Made by a program: the position numbers and the translations under genes. Positions 1 to 13,017 of a stretch of DNA of 64,000 bases are shown piece by piece. Within the stretch, counting starts at the first letter, position 1. Every line of letters begins with the position of its first letter. Below the pieces are notes generated by a model, which saw only the letters and a list, made by a program, of their open reading frames with translations, ran no database searches and had not been told where the DNA came from. The stretch is from Eledone cirrhosa (taxonomy: Eukaryota). The stretch covers positions 214,706,001-214,770,000 of the forward strand of contig OZ024743.1 in NCBI GenBank assembly GCA_964016885.1, in the 5' to 3' direction.

Positions 1-3000
1 TTCTTATCTATACAGGGGGATCTTTCAAAAGGGTATGTCTTGCTAATAAGTGTTTTTACGGAGGTATCTGGTCTTTCTACTATCTTAATATTGAGTTTAT
101 GTTTATCTTGCGCCCTTCTAAATGTGTAAGCTAATTCACCTCTAGGGGTTGTATCGATGAACATTACACTCTGGTATTTATTTCTATCATACCATGAGTT
201 TATTCTATTAGCCTTATTCCTAGTTCTTTTTATTCTATTCCAAAATTTGCTCCTATACAAGGGGCAGGTCCCATTTGTGTCATTATTTACCATTTTTTCC
301 CCATTTGGTTCTGGCTCCTCTATATACTCTGATTTTATCTCTCTGATTCTAACCAGAGAACTGCATACGGTGGATGAAGTTTTGTATGTGTCTCTCTAGT
401 TCTTCGGGGTTGCAAATGCGGGACACGTTTCTCATCACCCGTACCAAATCCGCAATCAGTATGTTGATTTTGGTATGGTCCGAAACAGCCGAGTTTCGGT
501 GGATCAGATGTTTGGAAGTCATGGGTTTGGCATAATGGGAATGCAGGATTTGTTTTTTGTTATTATAATGGTATCTAACCAGACCTCTGTGTCTAGTACA
601 GGTAATCGATGGTTGAGGTGTTTACTTGGGTAGTCTATAGTAACTGTAATACTCTGGTGGATGGAGTTAGCTATTTGCTGGATGCTTTCCATTGTGTTTT
701 TCTCTAGTTCCTGACTCTTCTCTAGTGGGGGTGTCTTAACTACGATGTTTATATTATCAACGTAGCGGGAGTACATTATCAGGGTTAAGGGTTCTTCTAA
801 TTGTTCTTTAAGTTTAAGTTTACTGTCCCACCATACGCTGAATAAGTTAGCTATGTCGGCTGCAATGCTAACACCAATGGCTGCTCCTTCCTCTTGGGCA
901 TATGTTTTTCCATTAAATTTGAACATATGTTCCTTAACGGTTAGCTTTATGCTGGCCCCTACCGCTTGTGCAATCATTTTCTTCAGTTCATCGTGGTTTT
1001 CGGGTGTCCTTATGGCTCTGGTCCACCCGTTCCATCTATCTCTGTGGGTTTGCTTGGCCAATGAGGTAATGGTAGGTGGTCTGCCTCGTGCTGGTCTTGT
1101 AGGGCACAGGTTGCTAAGGTCATATGTGTCTAGGTAATTATTACTATAGGTAAGTTTAAGTAGGAGTCCCAGCTCACTGGTATCAATCCCACGGAACTCA
1201 ACATTGCTCTTACTGATCATTTCTAAGCATTTCTCCACAGCAAAATCCACGTCAATAGATGGATAGAGGGACACAACATTCATACTACCTATTATGCAGT
1301 TTGTTAGGTCCCTAGATCGGTTACTCTCGCCAATTCTGCTGAGGACGTCCTCCGTGCTGTCACATACATCTGGGAACATTTCAATCATGGGGCGTATGAT
1401 CAGGAAGATGAAGTAGGACAGTCTGTAGTTACTAGCAATGTTAGCTCCACAGACTGGCCGTGTTGGTGGTCCCGTGACAGGGCCACTGCCCGTTTTATAG
1501 TCTTTTCGAAGCCCATACAATGCCGGCACGTCATTGTTCCAGGCCTGGAAGTTGTTGGCAGTCCTTTTGTTGGGCTGCATTATATTCGTCCACATCACCA
1601 TATGGGCATTGAGGGCTTTTTCTCTATCCTCATGCTCCTGTGGTGTTACCTCTCTTGTGTTAGTGATGTGGGGTTGCATTGCCTGGATGTAGTTTGGCAG
1701 GCTGTCAACCGACATTCTGCCAGACTTGTCTGTTAGAAAGCATGCTATCTCTCCATTACGCGAGCGCTGCATGAGCTTACGCAAGCCATTTGCAGATTTT
1801 TCTCCCAGTTGCTGGGCCTCCATTCTATTATGCTTCTTGCTATACTGTTCTATAATATTTCTAAGTTCGGATCTAGCTATACTAAATTGTGCTTCTGTTT
1901 GTTCATCGACCTGCGACGGCAATTGCGTGCGTTTGTTAAATGGTAAAGTCGTGGCGTGGACACGTCGCAGGTCGAACGAGTTATTGGAGGGATTATAAAA
2001 AGTAGAGTTCCATGCTGCTGCTTTATGTGTACTAGTGCTATCGTTATTGTTAGTTGTGTTGTTTCTATTTCTATTTCCACCAACAGCCTCATGGTTGTTT
2101 CTATGTCTCTCATTATTACTCCTGTCTCTTTCCACTGGCTCATTGCTATTATCTACTCTATTTTGTGTGTCTGTGTGTTCGTCTTAGTTATTTTCTTTGT
2201 CCATAGTCTCCCTTCTCCTTTTAATTCTATTACTTTCCCTTATTTCTGTGATTTCTGTGCTACTGTCATTACTTGTTTTCTGTGTCTGTGTGTTTGCTAA
2301 GATTGTGGTGGTGGTGAGAGGCATTGAATGTGTGTGTGTTGTTGTTGTTGATGTGTGCTGTTGTTGATGTGTGTTGTTGTTGTTGTCTCCGTGTGTTGTT
2401 ATTTTTGTTTTTGTATGCGTGTCTGTTGTTGTTGTTTCTGAGTATGTTATTATTGTTGGTGTGTGTGTTGTTGTTATTGTTGTTTGTGTCTGTGTGTCTG
2501 TTGTTGTTGGGATGTGTGTTGTATATGTGTGTGCGTATGTTGTTACTTTTGTTTTTGCTTTTGTTTTTGAGGCTCCAACGTAATTTTGTAAATGATTTTT
2601 CTATTTCTGACAGACAACTAATCATATTTACCTTCTTGAATGTCGCAAATTTCGGTGGTAGAAGTAATACAGATAATTCATCAGGATCTATTGCCGTGTT
2701 GCCGTATATATTTGTGTTGTTCTTGTTGTTGAACTCATCTGTTAATGAGGTGTTGGCCATATTTATACCGTCAATTTTGTCGGGATATCTATTGGTATTC
2801 TCTACAGTATCCTGATTTAGTTTTATCTGCTTAAGCCACCTTAGTTTCTTGTTAAAGTGCTTATCACATTCTTCAGCAATGTATTGTTCTTCAGGACGTA
2901 TAAGGCTTATACATATTAGTTTCTCTCTTGGTGTGGTGATCCTAGTTAATTCTTGTATTAGGTTACGCTTATGTTTTTCTTGATGACTTAATTCTCTACA

Positions 3001-3303
3001 GATCTTATTTTTTATGTTTAGAATTAGTGTTCGTTTTAGCCTATCTGCTTGCTTTTTGGTGAGTTGTAATCTTCTTACGTCGGTGTTGATGGTGTTGTTG
3101 TAAACTCGGGACGAGGCACATTCTTTTATGAAGTGTAGTTGTCGAAATATTATGGTTTTTCGTAGACAACACAACATGTTGGTTTTCAGAATCTTGTTAG
3201 CCTGGCTAAGGCTTACGATATTTCGTTTCTGAATTCTTTTAGCAAGATTCTTTATCTGAAATCGTGTGTTGAAACCGATATTGTTATACTTTGGGAGGGT
3301 CAT
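1..3303 (-). pseudogene. Family A PLE ORF (N-terminus MTLPKYNN, Asn/His-rich insert, RT), disrupted
   Basis: ORFs 2269-3339 and 519-2135 are collinear with the family B protein. Frame breaks are present, and catalytic Asp are changed (GSMNVV, YVDN). Confidence 0.88.
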
Positions 3304-3427
3304 GTAGCCAATAAGAAACACACGCACCAGTTGTTTCACCTGAATTTACTATAATAAATTTATAAATTTTGGAATTTATAAATTTCTGGTTGGTTGGTTC
3401 CACAACCAGGTAGTTGTTTATATATTG

Positions 3428-3468
3428 TCAAAGTTCTTTCGTCACACATTCTGTGACCTCTTCAGTGA
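3428..3468 (-). ncRNA. Minimal type I hammerhead-like motif in family A pLTR
   Basis: Reverse strand reads TCA-CTGAAGA-G-GTCACA-gaatg-TGTGAC-GAAAG-aa-CTT-TGA. Confidence 0.65.
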
Positions 3469-3715
3469 TTGGGGATTCATTCTTTGTTTTTGTGCCTCTC
3501 CTTTGTTCTGTCCTACGCCATTTTGTTTCTGTGTGTGTGGTGTGTGATCAGTCTGCGCATGCGCCACATCCGGATGTCTGTGTGTGTTTATATTCGTTTA
3601 TTTATTTGTTTATTTACATGCTACCGGTTGGTTGTTTGTTCTATGTGCGTGTGTGTTCTCATTTTGTCCTTAATTGTAAGTTATGATGTTGCTGTTCCAC
3701 TCATATTTTCTATTT

Positions 3716-3779
3716 AATAGGTAGTATGGATAATAGTTAGTATGGATAATAGGTAGTATGGATAATAGGTAGTATGAAT
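3716..3779 (+). repeat. 4 x 16-bp tandem repeat at the inversion junction, derived from RT motif A coding sequence
   Basis: AATAGGTAGTATGGAT, AATAGTTAGTATGGAT, AATAGGTAGTATGGAT, AATAGGTAGTATGAAT; the last unit runs into the ORF. Confidence 0.9.
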
Positions 3780-5423
3780 GTTGTGTCCCTGTATCCATCT
3801 ATTGACGTTGATTTTGCTGTTGAGAAATGTGTAAAAATGATCAGTGAGAGCAATGTTGAGTTCCGTGGGATTGATACCAGTGAGCTGGGACTCCTACTTA
3901 AACTTACCTATAGTAATAATTACCTAGACACATATGACCTTAGCAACCTGTGCCCTACAAGACCAGCAAGAGGCAGACCACCTACCATTACCTCAATGGG
4001 CAAGAAAACCCACACAGATAGATGGCACGGGTGGACCAGAGCCATACGGACACACGAAAACCACGATGGACTGAAGAAAATGATTGCACATGCGGTAGGG
4101 GCCAGCCTAAAGCTAACCCTTAAGGAACATATGTTCAAATTTAATGGAAAAACATATGCCCAAGAGGAAGGAGCAGCCATTGCCGTTAGCATTGCAGGCG
4201 ACATAGCTAACTTATTCATGGTATGGTGGAACAGTAGACTTACATTCAAAGAACAATTAGAAGACCCCTTAACCCTGATAATGTACTCCCGCTACGTTGA
4301 TGATATAAATATCATAGTTAAGACACCCCCACTGAGAGAACAGTTAGGAACTAGAGAAAAACACAATGGAAAGCATCCAGTAAATAGCTAACTCCATCCA
4401 CCAGAGTATTAGAGTTACTATAGACTACCCAAATAAACACCCCAACCATCGATTACCTGTACTAGACACAGAGGTCTGGTTAGACACCATTAATACAAAC
4501 AACAAATCCTCCATTCCCATTATGCCAAACCCATGACTTCCAAACATCTGATCCACCGAAACTCGACTGTTTCGGACCATACCAAAATCAACATACTGAT
4601 TGCGGATTTGGTACGGGTGATGAGAAACGTGTCCCGCATGTGCAACCCCGAAGAACTAGAGAGACACATACAAAACTTCATCCACCGTATGCAGTTTTCT
4701 GGTTACAATCAGAGAGATAAAATCAGAGTGTATAGAGGAGCCAGAACCAAATGGGAAAAAATGGTAAATAATGATACAAATGGGACCTGCCCCTTGTATA
4801 TGAGCACATTACTGAATAGAATAGAATGAACTAGGAATAAGGCTAATAGAATAAACTCATGGTATGATAGCAATAAATACCAGAGTGTAATGTTCATCGA
4901 TACAACCCCTAGAGGTGAATTAGCTTACAAATTTAGAAGGGCCCTAGATAAACATAAACTCAATATTAAGATAGTAGAAAGACAAGGTACCTCCGTAAAA
5001 ACACTTATTAGCAAGACATACCCTTTTCAAAGACCCCCCTGTATAGATAAGAAATGTATAACCTGTAAAATAAGCCCCGATATTAACTGTAAAACTAGAA
5101 ATGTAGTGTATAGCATAAGATGTACTGAAGCACAATGTAGAGACAAAAATATACTGTACAGAGGTGAGACAGCTCGTAGTGTAGGGGAACGGATAAATGA
5201 ACACTGGCGAGACCTTCAATTTAGTAAAGAATCATCTGTACTCTACCAACATGCTAAAATAGAACATAAGGGTAAACTAGAGAACATAGAAATAAAAATA
5301 GAATCTACACACAGAAAAGACGCAATGTTTAGACAAATCACAGAGGCAATAAACATAAAAGAATTACAACCAAAATTAAATAGAAAATATGAGTGGAACA
5401 GCAACATCACAACTTACAATTAA
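3764..5423 (+). pseudogene. Family A PLE RT(A-E)-thumb-GIY-YIG, 5'-truncated, with frameshifts and stops
   Basis: ORFs 3774-4391, 4533-4829 and 4890-5423 are consecutive parts of one protein. Confidence 0.9.
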
Positions 5424-5625
5424 GGACAAAATGAAAACACACACGCACATAGAACAAACAACCAACCGGTAACATGTAAATAAACAAATACATAAACGAA
5501 TATAAACACACACAGACACCCGCATGTGGCACATGCGCAGACTGAGCACACAACACACACACATAAACAAAAGGGCGTAGGACAGAACAAAGGAGAGGCA
5601 CAAAAACAAAGAAAATAATCGCCAA

Positions 5626-5666
5626 TCACTGAAGAGGTCACATAATGTGTGACGAAAGAACTTTGA
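5626..5666 (+). ncRNA. Minimal type I hammerhead-like motif in family A pLTR
   Basis: TCA-CTGAAGA-G-GTCACA-taatg-TGTGAC-GAAAG-aa-CTT-TGA. Stem II covaries with family B. Confidence 0.65.
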
Positions 5667-5820
5667 CAATATATAAACAACTACCTGGTTGTGGAACCAA
5701 CCAACCAACAAGAAATTTATAAATTCCTAAATTTATAAATTTATTATAATAAATTGAAGTGAAAGCAACTGGTGCGTCTGTTTCTTATTGGCAACATGAC
5801 CCTCCCAAAGTATAACAATA

Positions 5821-6323
<503 letters not shown>

Positions 6324-6424
6324 TTTAGATCAATAGCTGAAGTACACGGTTCGTTTTGCTTTTGATCATCTTACTACTGCTTGATTCTAGCTTAACGACT
6401 CTAAACATTTAAGAGTACTGAATA

Positions 6425-6960
6425 TTGTCTTCATCTTCTTTATTTAACCACCACCTCACTCGTCAGAATTCAGGAACTTTACAGCATATAGACACATGGC
6501 ATGGTATGGTCTCGTAGCTGCTGATGGAGTGGAAGAGATGAGGTATCAACATACAACTTTCTAGGTCATTTTAATACTAGCGGAGACCTCCCTCTCCAGG
6601 TCTGAATAGAGCAAATTTTCTCCAACGAAGGATAGAAAGAGTAAATGAATGACAGTGAGAAAGAGATATAAAGGAAGAATCGGTACTGAACCGGTTCTTT
6701 TTTTATCGAACAAGAAAGGATGAAACGCAAATATGACCTCGATAGTATTTGATCTCAGAGAGCCGAGCACCGGAACGATTACCACTAAGTATTCTATCAG
6801 GCGTTCATCTAAGTGTAGACATATACACGTGTGGAAATGTTTGTTACAGCAATCAGCAGATGACATGTATGTGCGAAATTGTACTACGCCACGATTCACG
6901 ATTTGGAAGGTCTTGTATGTTAGAGAAACTTCCGAAAATATTCGCTTGACCATGCAGTTT
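6425..6960 (-). mobile_element. Possible highly decayed LINE 3' fragment
   Basis: Minus translation KHFHTCICLHLDERL resembles the K.LG..LD..L motif of the RT C-terminus; GAA-rich end. Weak. Confidence 0.3.
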
Positions 6961-7455
6961 CATTTTACTTAGCATCTTTTCAAGGAAATAGAATTGCAGA
7001 GGATTTTCTTGCTCAATATTTTACATTTAACAGTGCGCATGCTTAAATGCATGTTTGTTTCAATGTGAGTATACATTGTAGGATCTGAAGATAGAAAGCT
7101 TTACATTGTCTAAGTGTAGTGTTGTATGGAGAAATAAAACCTAAAAGATTCATTCATATTTTGAACGTGGTCTAGTAATTAGACAATGTGACCCCCAAAT
7201 GAATGAAGTTTCGATAACATTTTTAAACAAGAAATAGTTGTATTCGAAGTTGACATTTAGACTGTAATAGACATTTTAATAAATATGTTTCGTCGGGGAG
7301 CTATTTTGATTAGTACTATTACAAGGCCTTAGGAAGTAGTAAGATATGTTTATATGCAACTGGAGAATCAAATTTGGTTGAATTACCTTCATTTCTATAA
7401 AATGGTAAAAATATATTCAAGTGGAAATGCAACAAATTCATTAAAATAATTGCAA

Positions 7456-7556
7456 TAATGGTTTCTACTTTGGCCGCAATGCCAGCAATTATCCCAGTGA
7501 ATTACTAGTGCTTTATTCTATCGACTCCGTAAGGATGAAAGGCAAAGTTAACCTTG
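7456..7556 (-). mobile_element. Partial octopus-type SINE (3' half)
   Basis: Matches 9365-9549 in reverse complement (CCTTTCATCCTTACGG.GTCGATA core). Confidence 0.75.
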
Positions 7557-8570
7557 AAATAATGTCATATTAGCGGTATCAGAAAATCTTTTGACATTAT
7601 GTATGCAGACTAAATATTTCATCCATCCGTACAGACATGGAAATGTGAGTGAACAGACCTACATATCAATACCCTGCAATCGTAATTCCCTCCATATTAA
7701 ATACATCACCACCTACACTTTCCTAACATCAAGTGTTATTACATGTAGGTTGCCAATTTCAATACTTAGGACACTTCACACTTAAAAACACCCTAGCCAT
7801 CACTCAAAGACGTGATAAAGGCCAACGAGTGGTTCAAATAATTTAGAGTGTATGCTATCTTCATTTCAGAAAATTCTTTCGAATTACTTTCTTCTACTAT
7901 CTGATATTAGAAGACACACTCGACAATATGCTGGTGTTTTTTGAAAGTAACAATATATTTCGACACATATTACAAAATATTTCACCATTAAAATATTATT
8001 ACTGTATTTTCACAAGAGCAGAATTTTCATTGGCACTTGTTCAATGCTAACCACAAAGATAAGAATATTATTAGTTTTGTACGGTGGCGTTATACTCAGT
8101 ACTACTAAATTTTACAATCAACAGTTATAATGCGTCTTCCATAGATCAGTCAACAACTATGTTGTCAATGTAAAGGGCAGGGCCAAAAATAAATTTTGAA
8201 TTTTTTTTATTAATCATTTTTGGTTGCACAATAAAATCCACAGAAAAAAATAAATAAATAAATAAACGGTATTTTGAAAACCATAAATAAAATACAATTA
8301 AAAAATAAAGTTAGCTTGTTCGCATGAATGAACTATTATGAATCATTTACTTACTCGTTTTTGTTATTCACGAAAGTGCATTTAAATCTTTACACTATAG
8401 CTTCCACACACCATTGCCTCTAAGGTAGCAGGACCATGTATGAGGGATATATGTTTTCAATGTCTATAATGTATACTAACAATTGCACTGACTTCCAAGT
8501 CATACACATATACACACGTGCATATGTATGTATATATATATATATATATGCATACACACACACATGTTTA

Positions 8571-8605
<35 letters not shown>

Positions 8606-8833
8606 ATGCACGCGCGTGAGTAGGTGTGAAAGAAATGTTGCTATTATTTCACTGGGGACTTTGGTAAAAACCCTGGTAGATCAAGCTATCACATAGTATC
8701 TGCAGATGACAAGACGGTATAGCCATACATCCCCACATTTGTCTTAACTTTAGAAATGTATTAAATCTGTGAAATAGATAAAGTTATAAGTTATTGAACG
8801 TTTTTGTAAATAAACCTTCTTAAAAACTCCTTT

Positions 8834-8919
<86 letters not shown>

Positions 8920-9364
8920 AAAATTAAGATAAATTAATTTCGGATATAGATATATAAATTCGGCTCCTTAATTGTAGAGCTAACACTGTTGAAAGGACTC
9001 GACTGCTGTTTCTAGTTGTCGATAACCCTATTCACGCCACTGGGTCGAAGCTACTATGATGTGTGCATTTCTAATAAATACTACACGTGGTGATAGCCAG
9101 TCGCAGATTTGAACTTGAAGCGTAAGCACGGATAGCTGGAAATTTGGATTTTTAACAAGGAAGAAAGTTCCAGCTATCCGTGGTTTACCATCCGATTAAT
9201 TGGTGAAATATATTTCTTTAATGGAATATATACAGGGAAGATTAATCATATTATAAGGTATCTATTTTTGAAGTTCTGGTAAACTTTATTTAGTTACCTA
9301 CCTAGCTATGTGTGGTTACACACTTGTAAAAATTATCTCCTGTGATTATTCATGTTTATATATA

Positions 9365-9545
9365 TGGTGGATTGGCAGTATCGGTAGAAGGTCGGACGCC
9401 ATGCTTTCCAGCATAGTTACGTCCCTTTGCGATCTGAGTTCAAATCCCGCCGAGGTTGACTTTGGCTTTCATCCTTACGGGGTCGATAAAATAAAGTACC
9501 AGTAATGCACTGGATAATTGCTGGCCTTGTGCCTAAAGTAGAAAC

Positions 9546-9549
<4 letters not shown>
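9365..9549 (+). mobile_element. tRNA-derived SINE, octopus OK-like with Meta-type central domain
   Basis: A-box TGGCAGTATCGG, B-box GAGTTCAAATCC, core CTTTCATCCTTACGGGGTCGATAAA; three copies in the window. Confidence 0.8.
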
Positions 9550-9581
<32 letters not shown>

Positions 9582-9584
<3 letters not shown>

Positions 9585-12369
9585 TGTGTTCCAGAATCAA
9601 GAATTTTACACAAAAGTGTTTTTTTCTTAGCTCCCTATGCCTTTTCTCATGCCATTTTCGATATTATCAATTTGTAACGTAATTTTGATTATTTCCGACT
9701 AATTTAAGCGTTGCCTAATAGTTGCAAATTGGCAGAATAATGGCGTAAACCAGTGGGCCTAGTTGTAGCTACTCGCTCCGTTGTGATGATTGAGAAATAT
9801 GGCTCCTGGGGCAATATGTTACATCCTTTTCACTAAATAAAATACCAACAAAGAGGGATGTTCTAAGATATTTCTTCTACCAGAAAGATGGTCCTATGAA
9901 ACACGAAAAGCATGTGAGCTTCAATGGTGCTATTGCGGATAGGCTTGTGATGGAAGTAGTTAGTCACTGGGAAAAAACTGGTGTGTCGACTCAACTAAAA
10001 GACAAAGTGAAAATGAAAATTATGAACGTGTACAGTGAATACAGAAATTAAAAAAACAAACAAAAAATAAAGGTTCTAAGTCAAACAAAGAAAAGGAAGC
10101 ACTATTTATTTCTGAATTGGATTCGTATTTCTACATTGCACATACTGATGCTGAAAAGAAAATTTTGAAAGACGGCCTTCGTAATAATGAACAGAACATG
10201 GAAGATGCTACATTTCTCGAAGCCCTGCGTTGCCAGAAAAAAGTATCTCTGGGTGCTGAAGAAACGATATATCAGAAAAAGATATCTTCAAAGTTTAAGC
10301 GTGATCAGGTTTCTGTGGCTCGTCCAGAGTCAGAGAACCATAGAAAGCGTTTGTCAGGATCTGTAGCAGAACAACTTACAGGTAACGAACTGAGGGATTC
10401 AAGTTCAACCAATTATGAAACTGAAGATGAACAGGATCCTGAATTTAAGGCCTCAAACCCACCCAGAGACAGCTCGAAGTCAGACAAGAAACGAAATATC
10501 CAGCTGGAACTCCCAAAGATTCCATTTCAAAGTCCAAACATTTCTCTAATGGGTGATCGTTTAAACGTGACACTGAGCCAGAGAACAGCATTTATGGCAT
10601 CGATTATTTCTGAGGGTGGGACTGAGATAGACGACACAATTGTCTCCAAGAATAGTGGCAGACGTGCAGCTAAGAAGATCAGAACTGTGGGGGCTGAACA
10701 CATAAAGGAACAATTTGCTGTACCAGACTTTGTTACCTTGCATTGGGATGGCAAAATAATTCCTGGTGACCACGAGAGGCTAGGTGTGCTAGTTGCTGGA
10801 ACTCCGGACTTCAGAGAAGGTAAACTCCTCGGTGTTCCCATAATTACTGATTGCACTGGAACCACCCAAGCCAAAGCATCATTTGATCTTGTTAAAGACT
10901 GGAATGTTGATGGGTCTGTGGTGGGCTTGGTCTTCGACACAACTGCTTCGAATTCTGGATGGAAAAATGGTGCCTGCGTGAAACTAGAACAGAAGCTCAA
11001 CAAAAAGGTGTTTTATTTTGCTTGTCGGCACCATGGAGCGTATCTTGTGTGCAGTCTGGCAACAAGTATTCGGAACAATGTCCAGTCCAGACACCCCAGG
11101 GTTCAAGGTGTTCAAAAAAGATTGGGTGTCACTCACGGACAACACTAACTTTAAAACATTGAACATTGTCGACTCAAGCGTCTGTGTTCTGAGAACATCA
11201 AGTTCCTCCAAGATTTGCTGACATCTGACGAGGGGAAAATGTGTTCTCTTCCAAGGGATGACTACCGAGAATGTGCCGAGTTGATGTTGATCTTACTTGG
11301 TGTCACCCCTCCTCGTGGAATTCATTGGATGCTGCCTGGTGCACATCATAACGCTCGGTGGATGCCCACAATCATATATAGTGCAAAGATGTATGCATTT
11401 TGTGAGCGACTCAATTACGATCAAGCTAAAAGGGAAAGTTTCGCCGGATCTGTATGTTCAATGCTCTGCTCTACGTACGATACTGGCTGACAGCAGTCAA
11501 GTGTGCTGATGCACCATCTAATGACCTTCAATTCTACGTGGAGTTGACACAGTACAGTAAGGTTTACAGAGATCTCTCGCAGGCAGCCACTACTGCTCTG
11601 AGCAGCCATCTTTGGTACCTGACGGAAGAAGCCATTCGGCTGGCGCTATTTTCAAGTCGGGTCCAAGAGTCTGAGTAGAAACAAATTACCCAACGTCTTG
11701 TCAAAACGAAAAGGTCTGGGCCTCTCGACCGTGGTGCTCCAGTATTTGCCGAATTGAAATCGTCCACGAAGCTACCTCATCTAGTCGGGAAGAAATCAAG
11801 GCTTCTGTTCGATCTCCTTGATCTCGACGATACTTGGCTTGAGCTGTCACCTGCAACTTTGTCATCACAAGCGTCATATCAAAATGCCTGTGCTGTTATT
11901 CACAATATCAAGGTAGCCAACGATCTGGCGGAGAGAGAAGTCAAGTTGATAACTGATTTTGTTGCCATCACCAAGAATGAGGAGGAGAAGCAGTGTGTTC
12001 TTCAAGTAGTAGAAGCTCATCGTCGCAAGGTCCCGAATGTCAAAAAGGAAACTCTGAAAAAAAATATGACTGGAGTTAACTTAACTGAACTTGTTTCTTC
12101 CTTGTACACCTTAATATTAAAAAAATGGTTTACTAAATATAATGGGTTAATAACATAAACAATTATTGTCTGGTCATATTTGGTTTCACATTTTCATGAT
12201 TTCATGCAACATAATCACACTTTTTCCACAATAATCACCATGATATAGGCAAAACTCAGAATAATTTATTTTATACAAAATATGTTTTATTTTACCAATT
12301 GGGGCATTTATAATGGGAAAATACCCAGGGAGCGTTAGGAGTGTGACTTTGCTTTTTATGGCACGCTCT
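9582..12369 (+). mobile_element. Decayed DDE DNA transposon, hAT superfamily (hATm-like), inserted in (TA)n
   Basis: Transposase motifs plus weak degenerate termini (TAGTGTGTTCCA / reverse complement AAGAGCGTGCCA); TA tracts on both sides. Subgroup named from memory. Confidence 0.65.
9799..12158 (+). pseudogene. Transposase, frameshifted
   Basis: PTKRDVLRYF, LHWDGK, FDTTASNSG..GAC, ACRHH (CxxH), RDDYRE, PGAHHNARWM, HLWYL, NDLAER spread over ORFs 10117-12158. Confidence 0.85.
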
Positions 12370-12388
12370 TATATATATATATATATAT

Positions 12389-12954
12389 AAGAGGGTGTTA
12401 AAGTTTGCTTGAAGCATTGTGAAATGTGTAAAAATACGTATTTAAGAAAGCCACAACAATGCAAAGGGAAATCTCGAGGTAGGAAGTGAAATATAGATAG
12501 GAAAAACAGGTGAAAGTGAAAGTTGAGAGAGACAAAGATGAAAACAAAACAAAGGTAGAAGGGTTACCGTAGTAGAGATTTTAATCCCAATATTTCGGGC
12601 TCACGCCCATCAATGGGGGAAAAGTTCCAAAAGGGGGGAAAAACAGGCCAAGCGGAGAAAGTGGTGATGTCGTTAAGACAGGAATGCCGTTATGCCCATA
12701 ACGGCATTCCTGTCTTAACGACATCACCACTTTCTCCGCTTGGCCTGTTTTTCCCCCCTTTTGGAACTTTTCCCCCGTTGATGGGCGTGAGCCCGAAATA
12801 TTGGGATTAAAATCTCTACTACGGTAACCCTTCTACCTTTGTTTTGTTTTCATCTTTGTCTCTCTCAACTTTCACTTTCACCTGTTTTTCCTATCTATAT
12901 TTCACTTCCTACCTCGAGATTTCCCTTTGCATTGTTGTGGCTTTCTTAAATACG

Positions 12955-12962
<8 letters not shown>
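12389..12962. mobile_element. Non-coding fold-back insertion in (TA)n: arms of about 265 bp (12429-12694 / 12697-12962) plus a 40-bp one-sided tail
   Basis: Arms are reverse complements with one mismatch seen and a 2-nt loop; TA on both flanks. Confidence 0.85.

Positions 12963-13017
<55 letters not shown>

Larger units (their letters stand above)
1..5820. mobile_element. Penelope-like element family A, inverted composite (minus copy 1-3715 running off the window; 5'-truncated plus copy 3716-5820 ending in (TA)n)
   Basis: RT motifs (LYGLRKDYK, RPVCGA, SLYPSID, GAAIGVSIA, YSRYVDD) and a C-terminal GIY-YIG (NVVY..YRGET.RS..ER..EH). The pLTR-like segment at about 3280-3715 is the reverse complement of about 5378-5820. 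Confidence 0.92.

Noticed and set aside
9090-9190. B-box-like motif on the minus strand and a 15-bp inverted repeat CACGGATAGCTGGAA
   Set aside because: Probably another decayed SINE, but boundaries and family cannot be supported.
12389-12962. MITE interpretation of the palindromic elements
   Set aside because: The inverted repeats are not terminal or symmetric (one-sided tails), and arm length varies within a family.
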